64,000 nt of DNA, taken from assembly GCA_036172245.1 (NCBI GenBank), contig JAYWIR010000015.1:3410001-3474000 (forward strand), written 5' to 3'. Below the pieces are notes generated by a model. It was not told the origin of the DNA, did no database searches, and was given only the letters and a program-made list of their open reading frames with translations. The stretch's first letter is position 1; each line of letters opens with the position of its first letter. This DNA is from Raillietiella orientalis (lineage: Eukaryota). The translations under genes and the position numbers were made by a program. Shown here one piece after another: positions 39,700-51,783 of the stretch.

Positions 39700-42600
39700 A
39701 CTTATAACCATGCTGCTGATTGGGAGAGAGTTTTCTGACAGTCATTAGAAAGCTCGTGTTTCCCTTTCGATGAGGACCCGTTTGCTTCCTGATGAGACGG
39801 GAAAGGAACCTTCTGGAGCGTTCTTCCGGTTCAACATGGAAGATGGCTTTTGTGCAGCAGTATTCTGCGAAGAAAAATGCTGAATAGCTCTTTGTAACCC
39901 GGCTCATTGTCAACAGCACACGCAATTCTTCTTCTGTTTAACTCCATCCACCCGGAGGAAAGGTGGATGTACAAGAACAAGCGAAAAATAAACAAAAACT
40001 AGCATGACTGATCTGAGGAATGGAGGTCTCATCGGTTTGCTCTCGATCCAGCCCTCTCACTTCCCATTTTTGCCACTGTGAGAGTGAATCTTTTCTGCAT
40101 AGTTGGAGCGAGACTACTTTCTGGAGCGATGGATCGTGATGCCACGGGCCAGAAGTGTACCTTCGGTATTTCCTGAAGTGCCGCCAGAAAGAAGAGCTAC
40201 CACGATACTGTGAACATAGCACAAGAAATAAAGACCTAGAGAGTTCCACAGGGTGTCGTCTAAACATGAGAGCTCTGCAACTTTCCTATTGCGATAACGG
40301 CAGAGCATTCCAGCAAGAGGCAAAAGGTCTTTTCCATTCTACCTCACCTCATACAGCTCAGGAAGATGTCCTCGCTGGTCTATGGGTAACGGCTGCTCAT
40401 TACAAAAGAATCTTCAGTGAAAGAAAGTATGGTGAAGTCAAAGGAGTAGCATGTACCCCTGTCCAAACACAATTAGGGTCGCAAATTCGTTTCGATAAAG
40501 CTCCGAAAGATGTTACTACCAGATCTTACTACCCAATCCAGTCCTTGGATTCGTGGCAAGATGGCATCTACTCTATCTGAACAATCGTGCATCCGTTGGA
40601 AGTTTCGCTGCACCAGCCCACCGGTTAGCTACTGTTGTTGTTGGCCCAGATAATAAGCTCACCTCACACCAATCTACTTCTTGGAGTTTCCAACTCCCAT
40701 AGTAAACCCTTTGATTTCAATTCTCTCAGATCGAAATAACGAGTCTGTACAAAATTTGTGGCATCAATATGCTCGTTGGTGTTTCAGTAAGCCTTGCCAC
40801 TGGAGCATGGTTCTCTGCAGTCAAATTTAATTGTGAAAAATAAAGATTGATACATTACATAAGCATTCTTTCAAGAGAACTGAAGAGCAGGCAATGATTT
40901 TGATGATTATCACCAAGTGCGATTTCGTATACTGCACTTCGAGATTAGCTGGTACTTGCAGAACATACCCAACGGACTGCACGGGATGCTGATCATGTTA
41001 ACTGTGTCATATGTCCCGCTTACAGGAGTGACAAGAACATTTGCACTCTTCTGTTTACATACAAAGTGTTCTTACTGGAAGGTACCCGCACTTCGTCTTG
41101 ATGCATTTCCGCAAATACTATGACATGATTCAGATGAATCCTCCGAATGGAGAGACGAATTCTGTTTGCACCACATGGCATTTCACGTTTTGCACAGAAA
41201 CATAGAGACTTGTGTACACACCTCGAAGAATGCAGTTTTACTTTCAAATAAAAAGTACGGTCAGAACATAAAAGTATGCAGCTTCGTCGGTGTCAAGATC
41301 AGTCGTCACAACTTGAAAGCTCAGTCAGCACAAATACCATTGGATTAAGAAATTGGAAAGATGCCCCGAGAGCAACTCCAAAGAACTCTCGTAATATGTA
41401 CTTCAACTTCTTGTACGATACATACGAAAGACAAAGCTGCGACTAATAGAGAGCAGATTTGCAGACTTATTTCCTTGGGTCCATCATTAAGAGAGCGAGA
41501 CCCTTCCCAGGCAACTAACAAGGTGACACTCTTTCAGACTGATAATCGTAAGTCGCGTCTATGTCTCCATGGCTTCTTGCATTCGCGTACTATAGTTAGT
41601 GGCCTGAAGGAGATCCAGGATGCCTCTCTAGCAAAGATATCGTGGGGCGCATCTGGGAAGCTTCATTCTGCAATAGTTACGCGGTAGTAGGAACATCAGT
41701 CCCTTGCAGCTCGATGGACTAGTGTGACCTCATGTCTGAGGAGGAAGGTCGCTGAATGACACTGATGCTTGTTTCAGCATTGTTCCATGAAGACCAGTGC
41801 TTCGAAATCACAGCTGCAACTTTGTTAGCTTCGAAGTTTCGAAGTTCTTAGTGATGCGAATGTTCTCTTCTACAGAATTCTCATGGAACTGGCATCGCAA
41901 GCAATACTGAAATTCCTTCATGATGAACAAGAGCATTATGCGTCGATCTTGAAGGGGAATAGAGGGCAGAGCTTCGCGTTTCTCGTTCTCATTTACATTT
42001 GCACTGAGCAAAACTACAACAGTGTCCATGGTCCAATCATATCCCACACCCTACACTTTATGAAGGATAAACCAGTCATACGAGGTGTCCCGGTGCTGAT
42101 GTGATTCGGTGACGTGAGCCGACTCCTAGAGGAATGTTTGCCACTAAGGAAAAAGTGTCAGTGAAAGGAATGGATAAGACCACAGAAGATGGAACAGCTT
42201 AGACAGCGCTTAATCTTGATGCAAGAAAACATGCCTATTCACTTGAGGAGCTGAAGATGGATATGCAGTGAAAAACCAGACATGGTCCTGACGATAAGAG
42301 GGAAACACCCAAGTGACGATTTTCTTGAAAAAACGAGTATTATGAGATTGTAGCAGTAGCTGCAATAAGTAAACTGCACAACGGAAAGAGCTGAAAATTT
42401 TTGGATCCAATGATTCTTTTTTTTTTTTTGGCAGCTGGAACTTCACTTGAATCTGCTTGAAAGCATGACATGTCCAAAGACTTAGCTCTATAAAACTTTT
42501 AAAATCCTGAGGCCAATCTCAAGCTTACATAAGAAAGGAAAAAGCAACAGTGAGAAAACAACTAAAGCAACAAAACGAAGGCTCACATACACCAAAAGCA

Positions 42601-43200
42601 TTCGTTCAAGGCATAAATTGTTCAGAACGCTTTCTTGAGAACTGTGTCTGTGGTTTCTGATTCTCAAGGACTCCCACAGACAAAAGATGTTTCTTCCTCT
42701 GTCCTCATTCTCACCTGCACTTGATTCCCTGACGTTTTTGACACGATATTCTCAGTAGTGACTGCATAGCTACAAGACACATCCTCCCTTAACATCTGCT
42801 GACAAACGGAGCAGTCAAAGCTTCCTCGTTCCTGACAAATCACAAGCTCACTGGAACACAGAGCTGCTGTCATCATGAAAGAGTCAAAATCTGTGTGCCG
42901 AATTCCTGAGGTCTCCCTTAAAGCAGTTTGAAGACCTCTAGGCTTCATATGCATGCCGAGCGCTCCTAAATGGCAATGGAGCATTTGATAGGATAGGATA
43001 GACGCTGTGTAGCGGACTTGAGTTTGGGAATCCCAGGTACGAAGTGCCACAATTTTCGAACAAAGATACCACAAAGATATCCGGCAATTTTGAGCATTTA
43101 AGTATGTGTTGGTTTGGAAGATCGGAAAAAAACCTTGCGAGCACTTGATCGTTCGATTTGAGGGATCCCTAATCAAAAAATAAGGATGCATAAGATGGTG
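39700..43200 (+). mobile_element. Decayed BEL/Pao LTR retrotransposon pol
   Basis: DVLAG...TPVQTQLG (DUF1758-like protease tail), AFFQ, VPLTGVT, LHGF...SLAKIS (Pao RNase H), SHTRCPGA and an IHL site (integrase), in the expected order. No LTRs found. Confidence 0.6.
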
Positions 43201-43999
43201 TCCATGCATGAGACCCAGTATTTGCAAAATGGTAAAAAGGAAATGATGCGAAATGAAAGATCATACAAAAGTTGAGGTATAGACTTGTGAAAGTATCTGC
43301 GCTAGCTGTGTACCTCTACCTTGAGAAAACCTCAAAAAAGACTCTGTCAAATACATGCAAGTCAAATGAATCCTAAATCTCGATGAATCTGCCTTCATTC
43401 CTTCTGTCATTAATCTGAGGATTTCAAGCAGAGAGCATGAGCATCTGGAGAGAGATTTTGACCTCTCGTGCACTTATTCAGTTGGCTGCTTCATCCACTG
43501 ACTCATTCACTGCAGTCTCTTTGACATTCGTATGCCAAAAGAACGGTTAAGCAAACCACAGCAGTATTGTCGGGCAAGAAGATTACTCTTGTGACAGTAA
43601 TCAAGCAGGTTTTGCATCACACTCAAACCGAGCTGCTATGATTTTCTAATTCATTAGCTATTCGATTTGGTTTTTATTTTTGTTTCCCCCTTGCAAAGCA
43701 TCCAACTGGAGATTTTCCATTTACCAATCTAATTTACAGATTAGGCCTCACAGCATCTCCTGATAGCTTGTACGGTGTGATTTCTATAAAAATTCTGTTC
43801 TATGAGTAGAGGTTTGTTGCTTTCCTCCCCATCTTGAAAATCTTATTTGAATTCTTTTCTACCTACTGTCAAGGAGCCCACACGAAAATCGACCTGCGTC
43901 CTCTTGTCTTCTGGAATTTCTAATTCTCTTTTAGTTTCTCCAGAGGGGTAGATCTTCCATCATTCAAATCAACAATTTGTTTGCTTGGAGCCACAAATG

Positions 44000-46900
44000 G
44001 CTTCCGCAAAATCTAAAGATATCTTTTTCCATAGTAAATGGCACTTTCATATCTGATCACTCTTCATGCAAATTCACGACTCCTGTTTATCTAGTGTCAC
44101 AAACAAAGCCTGATGCAAGCTCGCCGAATCAAATGCTGCGATGCAAGAATTGAAGCTGGATTATCAGATCTGCCGATTCTAATGGAGACTACCATTGCAC
44201 TGCGTATGATGAATTCAGCAGAAAACTTCCTGTTTGCATCTGCTCCTCAGATGGGACATGTCAAAAGCAGTCATAAGTGGCGTTTTTATCTTTGTGTTAG
44301 CTGCTCGTTGAAAATTGATGGATACTTCCAATGCAGCTAGTTTCAAATTCATTGCCTAGTTCGAAAACCGGGATGAAAGTAGGACATCCTTGAAAAAGTA
44401 GCAAAAATGCAAAATAAGCCCTCCTGATTATTTAGGATGAGACTTGCAGAAATTACAGGTTATTTTATTACAATGCTCTTTGCACGATTAGCTGGCACTC
44501 TTGTAAGCTTGCAGATAATTCACGATGCAATGGCGTCTGTTAATTGATTAGTTTCTGTTGCGTTACGGTTCAATTGGTGAGAAATTAATGGAGTTTTCTA
44601 CAAATTGTGGAGCACTAAAACAACAGAAGCCTACTCAAAAAAAATTGTGATAAATATTATGCACAAACCCCTTCTAAAAAACTTAAGAAGAAGGAGAAGT
44701 CCAGTGGGAACTCTGACGTCGTCCAACGAAATTATTGAAAACATGAGCGTACTGCATTTCCATTTATCCTGCAATACTGTCTTGGAATTATGTTATTATC
44801 AAATATGGGGAAATAAGGCATTTGAATACTTTAAAAATGGGTGCATAAGTTAATAATTAACATCCCTGTTACAAGAAAACATTTGAAAATAAGGTTATGT
44901 TTCATTGTACTATGAATCATTTCATTTCTCATGAAAAACTAAGAGATAATTGTCATTTATCCTTGGTGGCAGTTAATTAAATCCTGAAATAATTGAAGTG
45001 ATCTTTTCAAAAGTACTCTTTGTTTTCTCCTTAGACAAGATTACTGTTTCTTTTATGATACTAACAGTAATTCTGCCAATATAACAAGACTATGCAAATA
45101 TTTGAACTGAATATCGATATGTTATTGGCAATGTTTGCACGAGAGAATAATGCCAGCTATCTTTATTCGATGTTTCTCGATCACATACTTCCCGTTACGG
45201 AATATAGGCGCAGTTAAGAGAATAATGTAGGAGGTAGTGATTCTCATTCATGTGTTAAAAGAACCTTTGTTACCAACTGTTTCGAGAATTCTTGTAGACT
45301 GTATTCTCCAAATACCCTTGTGCTAAATATTTGATTGATTTAAGATGAGTCATTTCAATCATCGTTAATCGATTATTTAGATTCCTTAGTTTCAGCTGTT
45401 CTTATATCAGGAATTCTGTTTGCTTCATACAAATTCTAATTATTCTCATGTTAATGAATTATTTTGGCATATCAGATTTAATACAAGCATGTTTAGTACT
45501 GCCTATTGATGTTTTATGGGATCAATGTAGGGTTTCAGTATTTTTATGACAGCCTATGATAGGTATGTGCTTCTTGCAGCAACCTGAAATTTTATTTCAA
45601 TTCTACACATTTTTATCCAAGTATTGTTCATTTTTGTAACTGCGGTTTGCGTTTTCAGTTTTATTTATGGTTAGAACTTCTCTCTGTAAGAGTGAATTTG
45701 TTGATATTAGTGATGAAGAGTAATAGGATGACTTTGCATTTAAGCACACTATCGTTCTTACATGTTTCGGAGCCTTTGATGTGTATGATGAGCACTTAAC
45801 ATCCAAACTGAACATCAAAATGTGTGAATTCAAATTGTTGAAAATAGCAGCTGCTGCAAACCAATCTGCACCACCAAATAATGAGTATAATATTTCATAA
45901 AGGACTCCTGGGATAAATCAATGAAAAATGTTTCATCCATTTATTTTTATTAAACAGTTGCTGTTGGGCTTTTGGGTAGCGTTTTTTGTTCGCCTTTGTG
46001 ATAGCATTGTATAGACATGAATTTTTGTTGTTCAAGGGTTGTTAGGTCATTTAGTGTCAGACAATTTTGAGTGTTCTGGAGTGTCTTTGAATTTAGAAAG
46101 ACTCACCAGTTATATGGTCAATGATTACATTTACAGATAGATGAAGCCTTTTGCTGTTTTTTTTCTTGGTAGCTGTCTTTGTTGTTATGGCTTAAGCTTA
46201 TCAAATCCAGCTATTTTATGTTGCATTACTGAGATTGAGTTGATATGGTACATTAGGCTGAGCATCTTAGAATGTATATTTGCTGGTTCCTTACATATGA
46301 ACTTCAACAATTATGTTTAAATAGAAAGTATCCTTATGTATGATAATATGCTGTAAGCCACAAAAATGTCTTTAAATTGTTAAGCCTACTGAAATTCATT
46401 TGTGCTGATGAGTTGCTCTATCACTGATTGGTAAGCAAATGTAAATAAGCTATTAGAATGTAATTTAATTTTCAGTTAACTACACAGAACTGACTGAATC
46501 CTTTAGTAGTAGCACAATAGGGATCTAGGAATTGTGGTTAGGTTGCCTTTACTGGAATTGCTAAACTGTGCAAAATCATAAATACATTCATTTGCCACAG
46601 TTAAAAGTTCATAAGTATTACTGCTACTCTTTAGTGCCGTATGTTTACATTTCACTGAAGGAAATTAAATGAATGTAGCAAATATATGATGGGCAGTTTA
46701 TCTCAAACGAAAATTATGGGAATGCAAATGGCACAAGAATGGTTTGTATTTTGATTCTACTGACATTGTTTGGTCCTTTTACTGTTCAGATTGGTGGACT
46801 TCTCAAGACATTATAAATTGCATAAAGGAAATCTAGAGTTAAATTTCTTAGAAGTATGAGTTTTATGAAAAAAAAGTTTAATAAAAAGAATTCTGTGCAA

Positions 46901-48620
46901 GTTGTTAGAACTGTTGATTTAGTTGTAGCATATATTAATGGGGTCTTTGTTCTTTGAGTTTATGCCTTATTGTGTTTTAAGATTTACATTAATTGTTTTT
47001 GTGTATTTTCTTTCTTTTTTTTTAGAAAGCCATGATTTCAGGAAATGCCAGTATAGAATGTACAGATGCTTTTGTTTATTAAGTGTTGAAGTCCAGTATG
47101 AAACATTATTTATTGAGATCCTTGTTCGCAAATCTTTTCTAAATAGTGTCGATATAACATTAATTGGCTTAACAAATTAACAAATTAATCATCATTCACA
47201 GTAGTTGGGTTAGAGCTCAATTGCTAATTATAACAAAGATGTCATTGACATGGATTAAAATGCAGAGAAAGAAATAATGTTTCAGTTCCATCCTATTGTT
47301 CCATATTGCATTACAAATTATTTGATTGCAGTGTTTTGGTGAAAATATACCTTTGCAAGTGTATGCTCAGATATTTACTTGCTAAGTGTTGCAGACAAAA
47401 ACTCCAGAATTTTTTGTGCTTGCTTAGATTGTATTTTCGATTGTTTGTTTTGGGGGGGGGGGAGGGGGTTGGTATTTCTTTTTGAGGCATGTTACATGAA
47501 AGTTTATACGTGATGTGTATATATCTTACAATTTTTTCTTATACTTTTCCGCATGTTATAGTACCAACTAAGCTATTTCAGATGTGCCCATCATGGCTTC
47601 AGTTTTGGAAAAAATGCCTTATCTATTAATGTGTTTCCTAGTTAGCTTTCAAAAAGTTCATTTTAAGTTGACCTAAGATGACATGAATGCAAGATCGTTA
47701 AGCATAAGGCCATTAAGGATCATTAAGCATTGTTGTTCCTCCATTTGAGAGCAATGTTTGCATATTTTCATTCTCAGATTTTGGATTAATGGTTTCATCA
47801 AGGCGATGTGTTTTTTTTTTTCCATTGAGAAAGTGTTTTGCTAATTTGTTTATGAAATTATTTGTCTGCCAATCTTGATACCATCAGCTGAATTTGTTAA
47901 AACTGGTACTCTTTAATAGTTTCAGTTCCTCGTTTCACACTCCACTCATTCATTACTTTAGGGCATAAGGGTTACAGTTTCGAAGATTCCTCATGAAACA
48001 AGAAAGAAGATTCGAAACATCTACATGATTTAGAGTGCATCAATTTCTTGGTTTCCTGTGTTACGTCTACCCTTCTCACTAAGCCTTTTTAGTCCACGTT
48101 CATTTTCTTGTGATTGGAAAAATGTAACATATAGGTGAGATTGGAATATGATTGGCCTCGTGGTAGCCATTCTTTAAAAAATTGGTTTCCTGGAGAAGTG
48201 CCATCTTTTGTCTCGTCTGTTTCGGAAAGTGCGAGGTAGGTGTATGCATGCAAGAAGTGTTCAATGCGTTATTATGCACTGCAATATGAGCTGGTTTTGA
48301 TCATGCAGTACCATAACGAAAAGCCAGGGTTGCTTCTGTAGCTCTTCATGTGGAGCAAATGTAGCATTGATAGAAAAATGTGAGACTTATTGTGCAGAGT
48401 TCAGGTGCAAGAAGGACCTAAGTGGCAGTGGAAAGCGACTAAAAATTCATTCATTGGCTATCCCATAGAACATGAATGTGTTGGTCTGTTGTTGTTTAGG
48501 CACTCACAATAACACTGCTTTTGTGAACTTTGTATTTTTGCGAGAAAATTGTTGCGCCATGTTCTTGCCATTTTCTTTTCTATTCAAATAAATGAAGCTC
48601 GTGTTTACAATCAATATAAT
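44000..48620 (+). other. AT-rich, TE-free block; probable long 3' UTR of a plus-strand gene
   Basis: Sharp drop in GC, CpG-poor, U/UG-rich with many TGTA motifs, AATAAA at 48587-48592 near where the composition changes. Confidence 0.45.
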
Positions 48621-49278
48621 TTCCGTGCACGAACACGAGTGGTATGAATATCTATCGACACAGCAGTAGGTAGAGAAAAATACTGAAAGGTACCCTTCCA
48701 GTAAGACGATTTAGGCCTTGTGTCCGCATTTTGTTCCAAGCATCGAGTTGTTTTTTGCCTTTATGTCATCTCTCCTGTCGTTATCCTTGCACTTCCCAAA
48801 GGCGTGATTTCTCATGAAGCCCATGAATAACTGAATGAATAACTCATTTAGAAGAGGGAAAGCATGTAATAAGCAGTCCATTCATCTGTTTGGATCTGCG
48901 TATGCAGGTAGTAATTCAGTTCAAAACTCTTGAGCTCATCTTAATTTGAATTTTCAAAATTTTAATCGTATATATATCATGAAATAGTAAGTGTCTTGAG
49001 TCTCCCTCTCCACACACAGTTGCCCATACCCAAGTAATCAATTCATAACTCAGTAAACTTGCCAGTGGAGAAATTCATCCAGGTTTGGAGAGGGTCTGTA
49101 GCTGCCAAATACCAACCCATGAAAGATAGTAAATGCAATTTCTAGTCTCCCTTTTGCTTGACTGTTTGCATTTTTTCCACCGAAAAAGGTGAAAATGAAA
49201 TGTGTGGGAACATGCTGGAAGTTCCTTATTGATTGGACTGGTTTATTCCTGTTTGATAAGCAACCAACTCTGCACAAC

Positions 49279-49419
49279 TTTACCAAAATTTATTGGATCG
49301 ACTGTGAGGCGTTCTTTTATAGCCTTTTGAATTCTTGGCCTTATTGTCTTTGGAAGATTTGGTAAATCCCTTTTAGTAACGTTCTTTAGAGACTTAATTT
49401 TATAACGTTCTGGTCCCAC
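49279..49419 (-). pseudogene. relE: 3'-truncated Wolbachia RelE/ParE-family toxin
   Basis: GTG start gives MGPERYKIKSLKNVTKRDLPNLPKTIRPRIQKAIKERLTVDPINFGK, then an abrupt switch to host LINE sequence. The RLRVGDYR catalytic half is missing. Confidence 0.85.
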
Positions 49420-49544
49420 TTAATATCTTCAAAATTAACTATTTCTGCACCTTCAACATCACCCTCATCAGAAATTTTGGAGACTAAAAAATCCTCCATT
49501 TCAAGCTCAGTTGCTTGTCTGAGTAGTTTTTCTGCTAGTTCTTG
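49408..49544 (-). pseudogene. 5'-truncated Wolbachia antitoxin gene of a RelE-type TA pair
   Basis: QELAEKLLRQATELEMEDFLVSKISDEGDVEGAEIVNFEDIKWD, an acidic C-terminus of the kind found in the Wolbachia ORF upstream of relE. It overlaps the GTG start of the toxin. Confidence 0.8.
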
Positions 49545-49735
49545 AGCTGCAAGTGAGAGTCCTAGCCCTATAGTTTCCATTACTTGGGATCTATAATGTG
49601 CTTTTTTTGCTAAAACATTTTGCTGCTTTTGTACTACAGATCCTAGTTAACTATATTTCCCTTTTAGTACTTCAATAGATACCCAAGTTTAGTTTGATCC
49701 CTCACTAAGGATTTCATATTTTTCTACTTTTCTTT
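49545..49735 (-). pseudogene. Fragment of Wolbachia prophage WO tail tape-measure protein (nuclear Wolbachia transfer)
   Basis: With frameshift(s) and one stop it translates to KKSRK.MKSLVRDQTKLG/SIEVLKGKYS*LGSVVQKQQNVLAKKAHYRSQVMETIGLGLSLAA, recognised from memory as N-terminal WO tape-measure sequence. AT-rich. Confidence 0.8.
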
Positions 49736-50099
49736 GATAAAAGATTTGAATTTCCTTCAAAATTAATTGACCTTAATCAAGAGTACATAAAAGATTGATC
49801 TGATGTGAAACCAGATTCGATGTATCTATTGACAAGTATTTGAGCGCTTTAAAAGTAGGGAAGACAGTCTAAGTGTGCACCCAATGAAATACGTAAGTAT
49901 TGAAGTATTGAAATACGGAAGTACAGTAAGAAGGATAACATACCTAAAGAACCTGGTGATATAGTGAACTCTGATAATACATCTTCACCCTTCCCTATAC
50001 AAGAAAGTATACAGCGAATTCGTATACCAGGACCCTAAATTCAAAGTTGCCTTATATTAAACTCAATAAACTCACGTAAGGCGGAAGCAGTCATGCACG

Positions 50100-50560
50100 G
50101 AATGTAAAAGAGTTCGCCAATTGTGATGAAAATCTTTTCTCATGCTGCATCAACTGATCCTCGACATTCATACGTGACTTAGCAATTGTATGTCCAGTCT
50201 AGAGATACATCAAGCTTTTCTTTTGCCAAGAAGTTTTGAACATGTATCTACTAAGTGAGGAATCAATGTTTCATGGTAAGAATTAGCTTTTTGTTTTGAT
50301 CACGCTATGAGGGAAGAAACCGTATCACTGGAGGTTGTTTCCATTGCTCCGTCATCCGATGTCTTCAGATGACTGCTCTGCTGACTTCATGGATCTATTC
50401 CAGAAACTTTCTAGAAATTTGAGATTGTAATAACTAGACAAGCAATAGAATGCACTTGTAGATATTCATCGTTGTACCTTCCGATAGAAGTGTACACAGA
50501 TGGAGTTGGTTTTTTTCCCTGCTTAAGAAAATTGTCATTCACTGAATCTGATGATTTTTT
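50100..50560 (-). mobile_element. hAT (Buster/Charlie, ZBED5-like) N-terminal remnant
   Basis: GRYNDEYLQ...CLVI...NRSMKS...HLKT (RKY..EYL / CVIC / N.SMK...HL.T). Confidence 0.45.
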
Positions 50561-51079
50561 CTTTCCAACAGCGGGTGAGCTCAAATTATTAATCGGGAGC
50601 ACTTTTTCAAAGTCTCGTGTGTTACCTGAGTCTTGGTGCTCCTTACTCACTTTCAAACCATGCCGTTTGGGTGCATGTTGCAGCAACACGATCTTCTTAC
50701 AGTCGTTTTGCGTTTGAACGCACGGACGCAATGCGGAGAGTCAACCGGAGACGAAGTACTGAACCTCTCCATATATATCGTCCGTGTTCATTTTAAATCC
50801 TGGTGGAGCTCTTCCATACGTATTCCAATATAATTTCATTTTGCTATCGAAAGGATTGATATATAGTAAGTGCACACAAGTGTTGTGGCCGGGGCTATTC
50901 CCAATACGTTAAGACAAACAAAAAACAAGGACTGGAAGAGAGAGGGTAACTAAGACATCTTAGATTGTGGCCCGTTCCGGCAATAGGAACGTGTCACCGC
51001 TAAATGGTGCGGAAACCATTTCTGCTTTCTGGAAAAGTGTGAAGTGTTTTTCATGCACTCTTCAAGAAAGGGAACAAGG

Positions 51080-51770
51080 ACTATTTTTCTCGAGTCGGTG
51101 ACCCGGAGTAGCAGCGCTCCGAATGTCGTTGACTCGAAGAGTTCGTTGAACCACTTTTAGGTGCATTTTCCTGGGTTTTTGGAATTTTTGTAGGTGACCA
51201 CCGTAATTAGCCAGGATGGGCAAAAAGTCACGGCCCATAAGGAACCCTCCCGTCACTGCATTGGTCGCAAGAAAGGAGCCAGGATAGCTCCAGCAAGAAA
51301 CATGAGAAAGTCCCTCTTCCATCTGCATTCGTGGAGCTGGAGTCCCCCGTTGGCAGCGGTGGCCAACGCGGAGACCCCAGCAAGCGATACGGGCGTGCAT
51401 ATTATAGCCAAAGGGAGTACCCTCCCCTTGGCTATAAGTCCTCTTTCGGCTACAGGGTAGATCGCCCACCCTTAGAGATTGCAGTACGCGAGTTGCATAC
51501 CGAATTTATGGTCGGTGCAAACGAGGAAGGCTTGGATTCCCTGATCACGTTAGGCGGTAGTAACGCATGGGAAGTTGGGGAGTTCCTGCAAAAATGCAGA
51601 GCTTCGGAGTTGAACATCCGAGGGCGAAAGGTTCTTCCACGGAGGATTGCTCATTTGTCCTCCACCTGAAAGCATTGTGTCGCACAACCACACGCGACGT
51701 AATCGAAGCCGTACACGAATACATCACCGTTCAAGCCGTGGTGGGAGCCTCACCCTGTTAAAGGAATCAG
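51080..51770 (-). mobile_element. L1/Tx1-like RT C-terminal fragment
   Basis: VSALATAANGGLQLHE (GGLGL motif); degenerate YADD region near 51710. Confidence 0.5.
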
Positions 51771-51783
51771 CTTCTGTGTGCAG

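Larger units (their letters stand above)
49050..49860 (-). mobile_element. Decayed LINE AP-endonuclease fragment split by the Wolbachia insert
   Basis: One flank reads AQILVN...INLLC..S*L (decayed NxxSL / LC.TETWL). The other reads CRVGCL...FGSYRPSPNLDEFL (GGV / IYRPP motifs). Confidence 0.5.

Noticed and set aside
40300..40430. EDVLAGLWVTAAHYKRIF resembles the RAG1/Transib C-terminus
   Set aside because: Context (…TPVQTQLG, then RT, Pao RNase H and integrase motifs in order) fits a BEL/Pao protease region; no other RAG1 motifs.
49279..49580. Functional toxin-antitoxin system
   Set aside because: The toxin lacks its C-terminal catalytic half, the antitoxin lacks its N-terminus, and there is no bacterial promoter.
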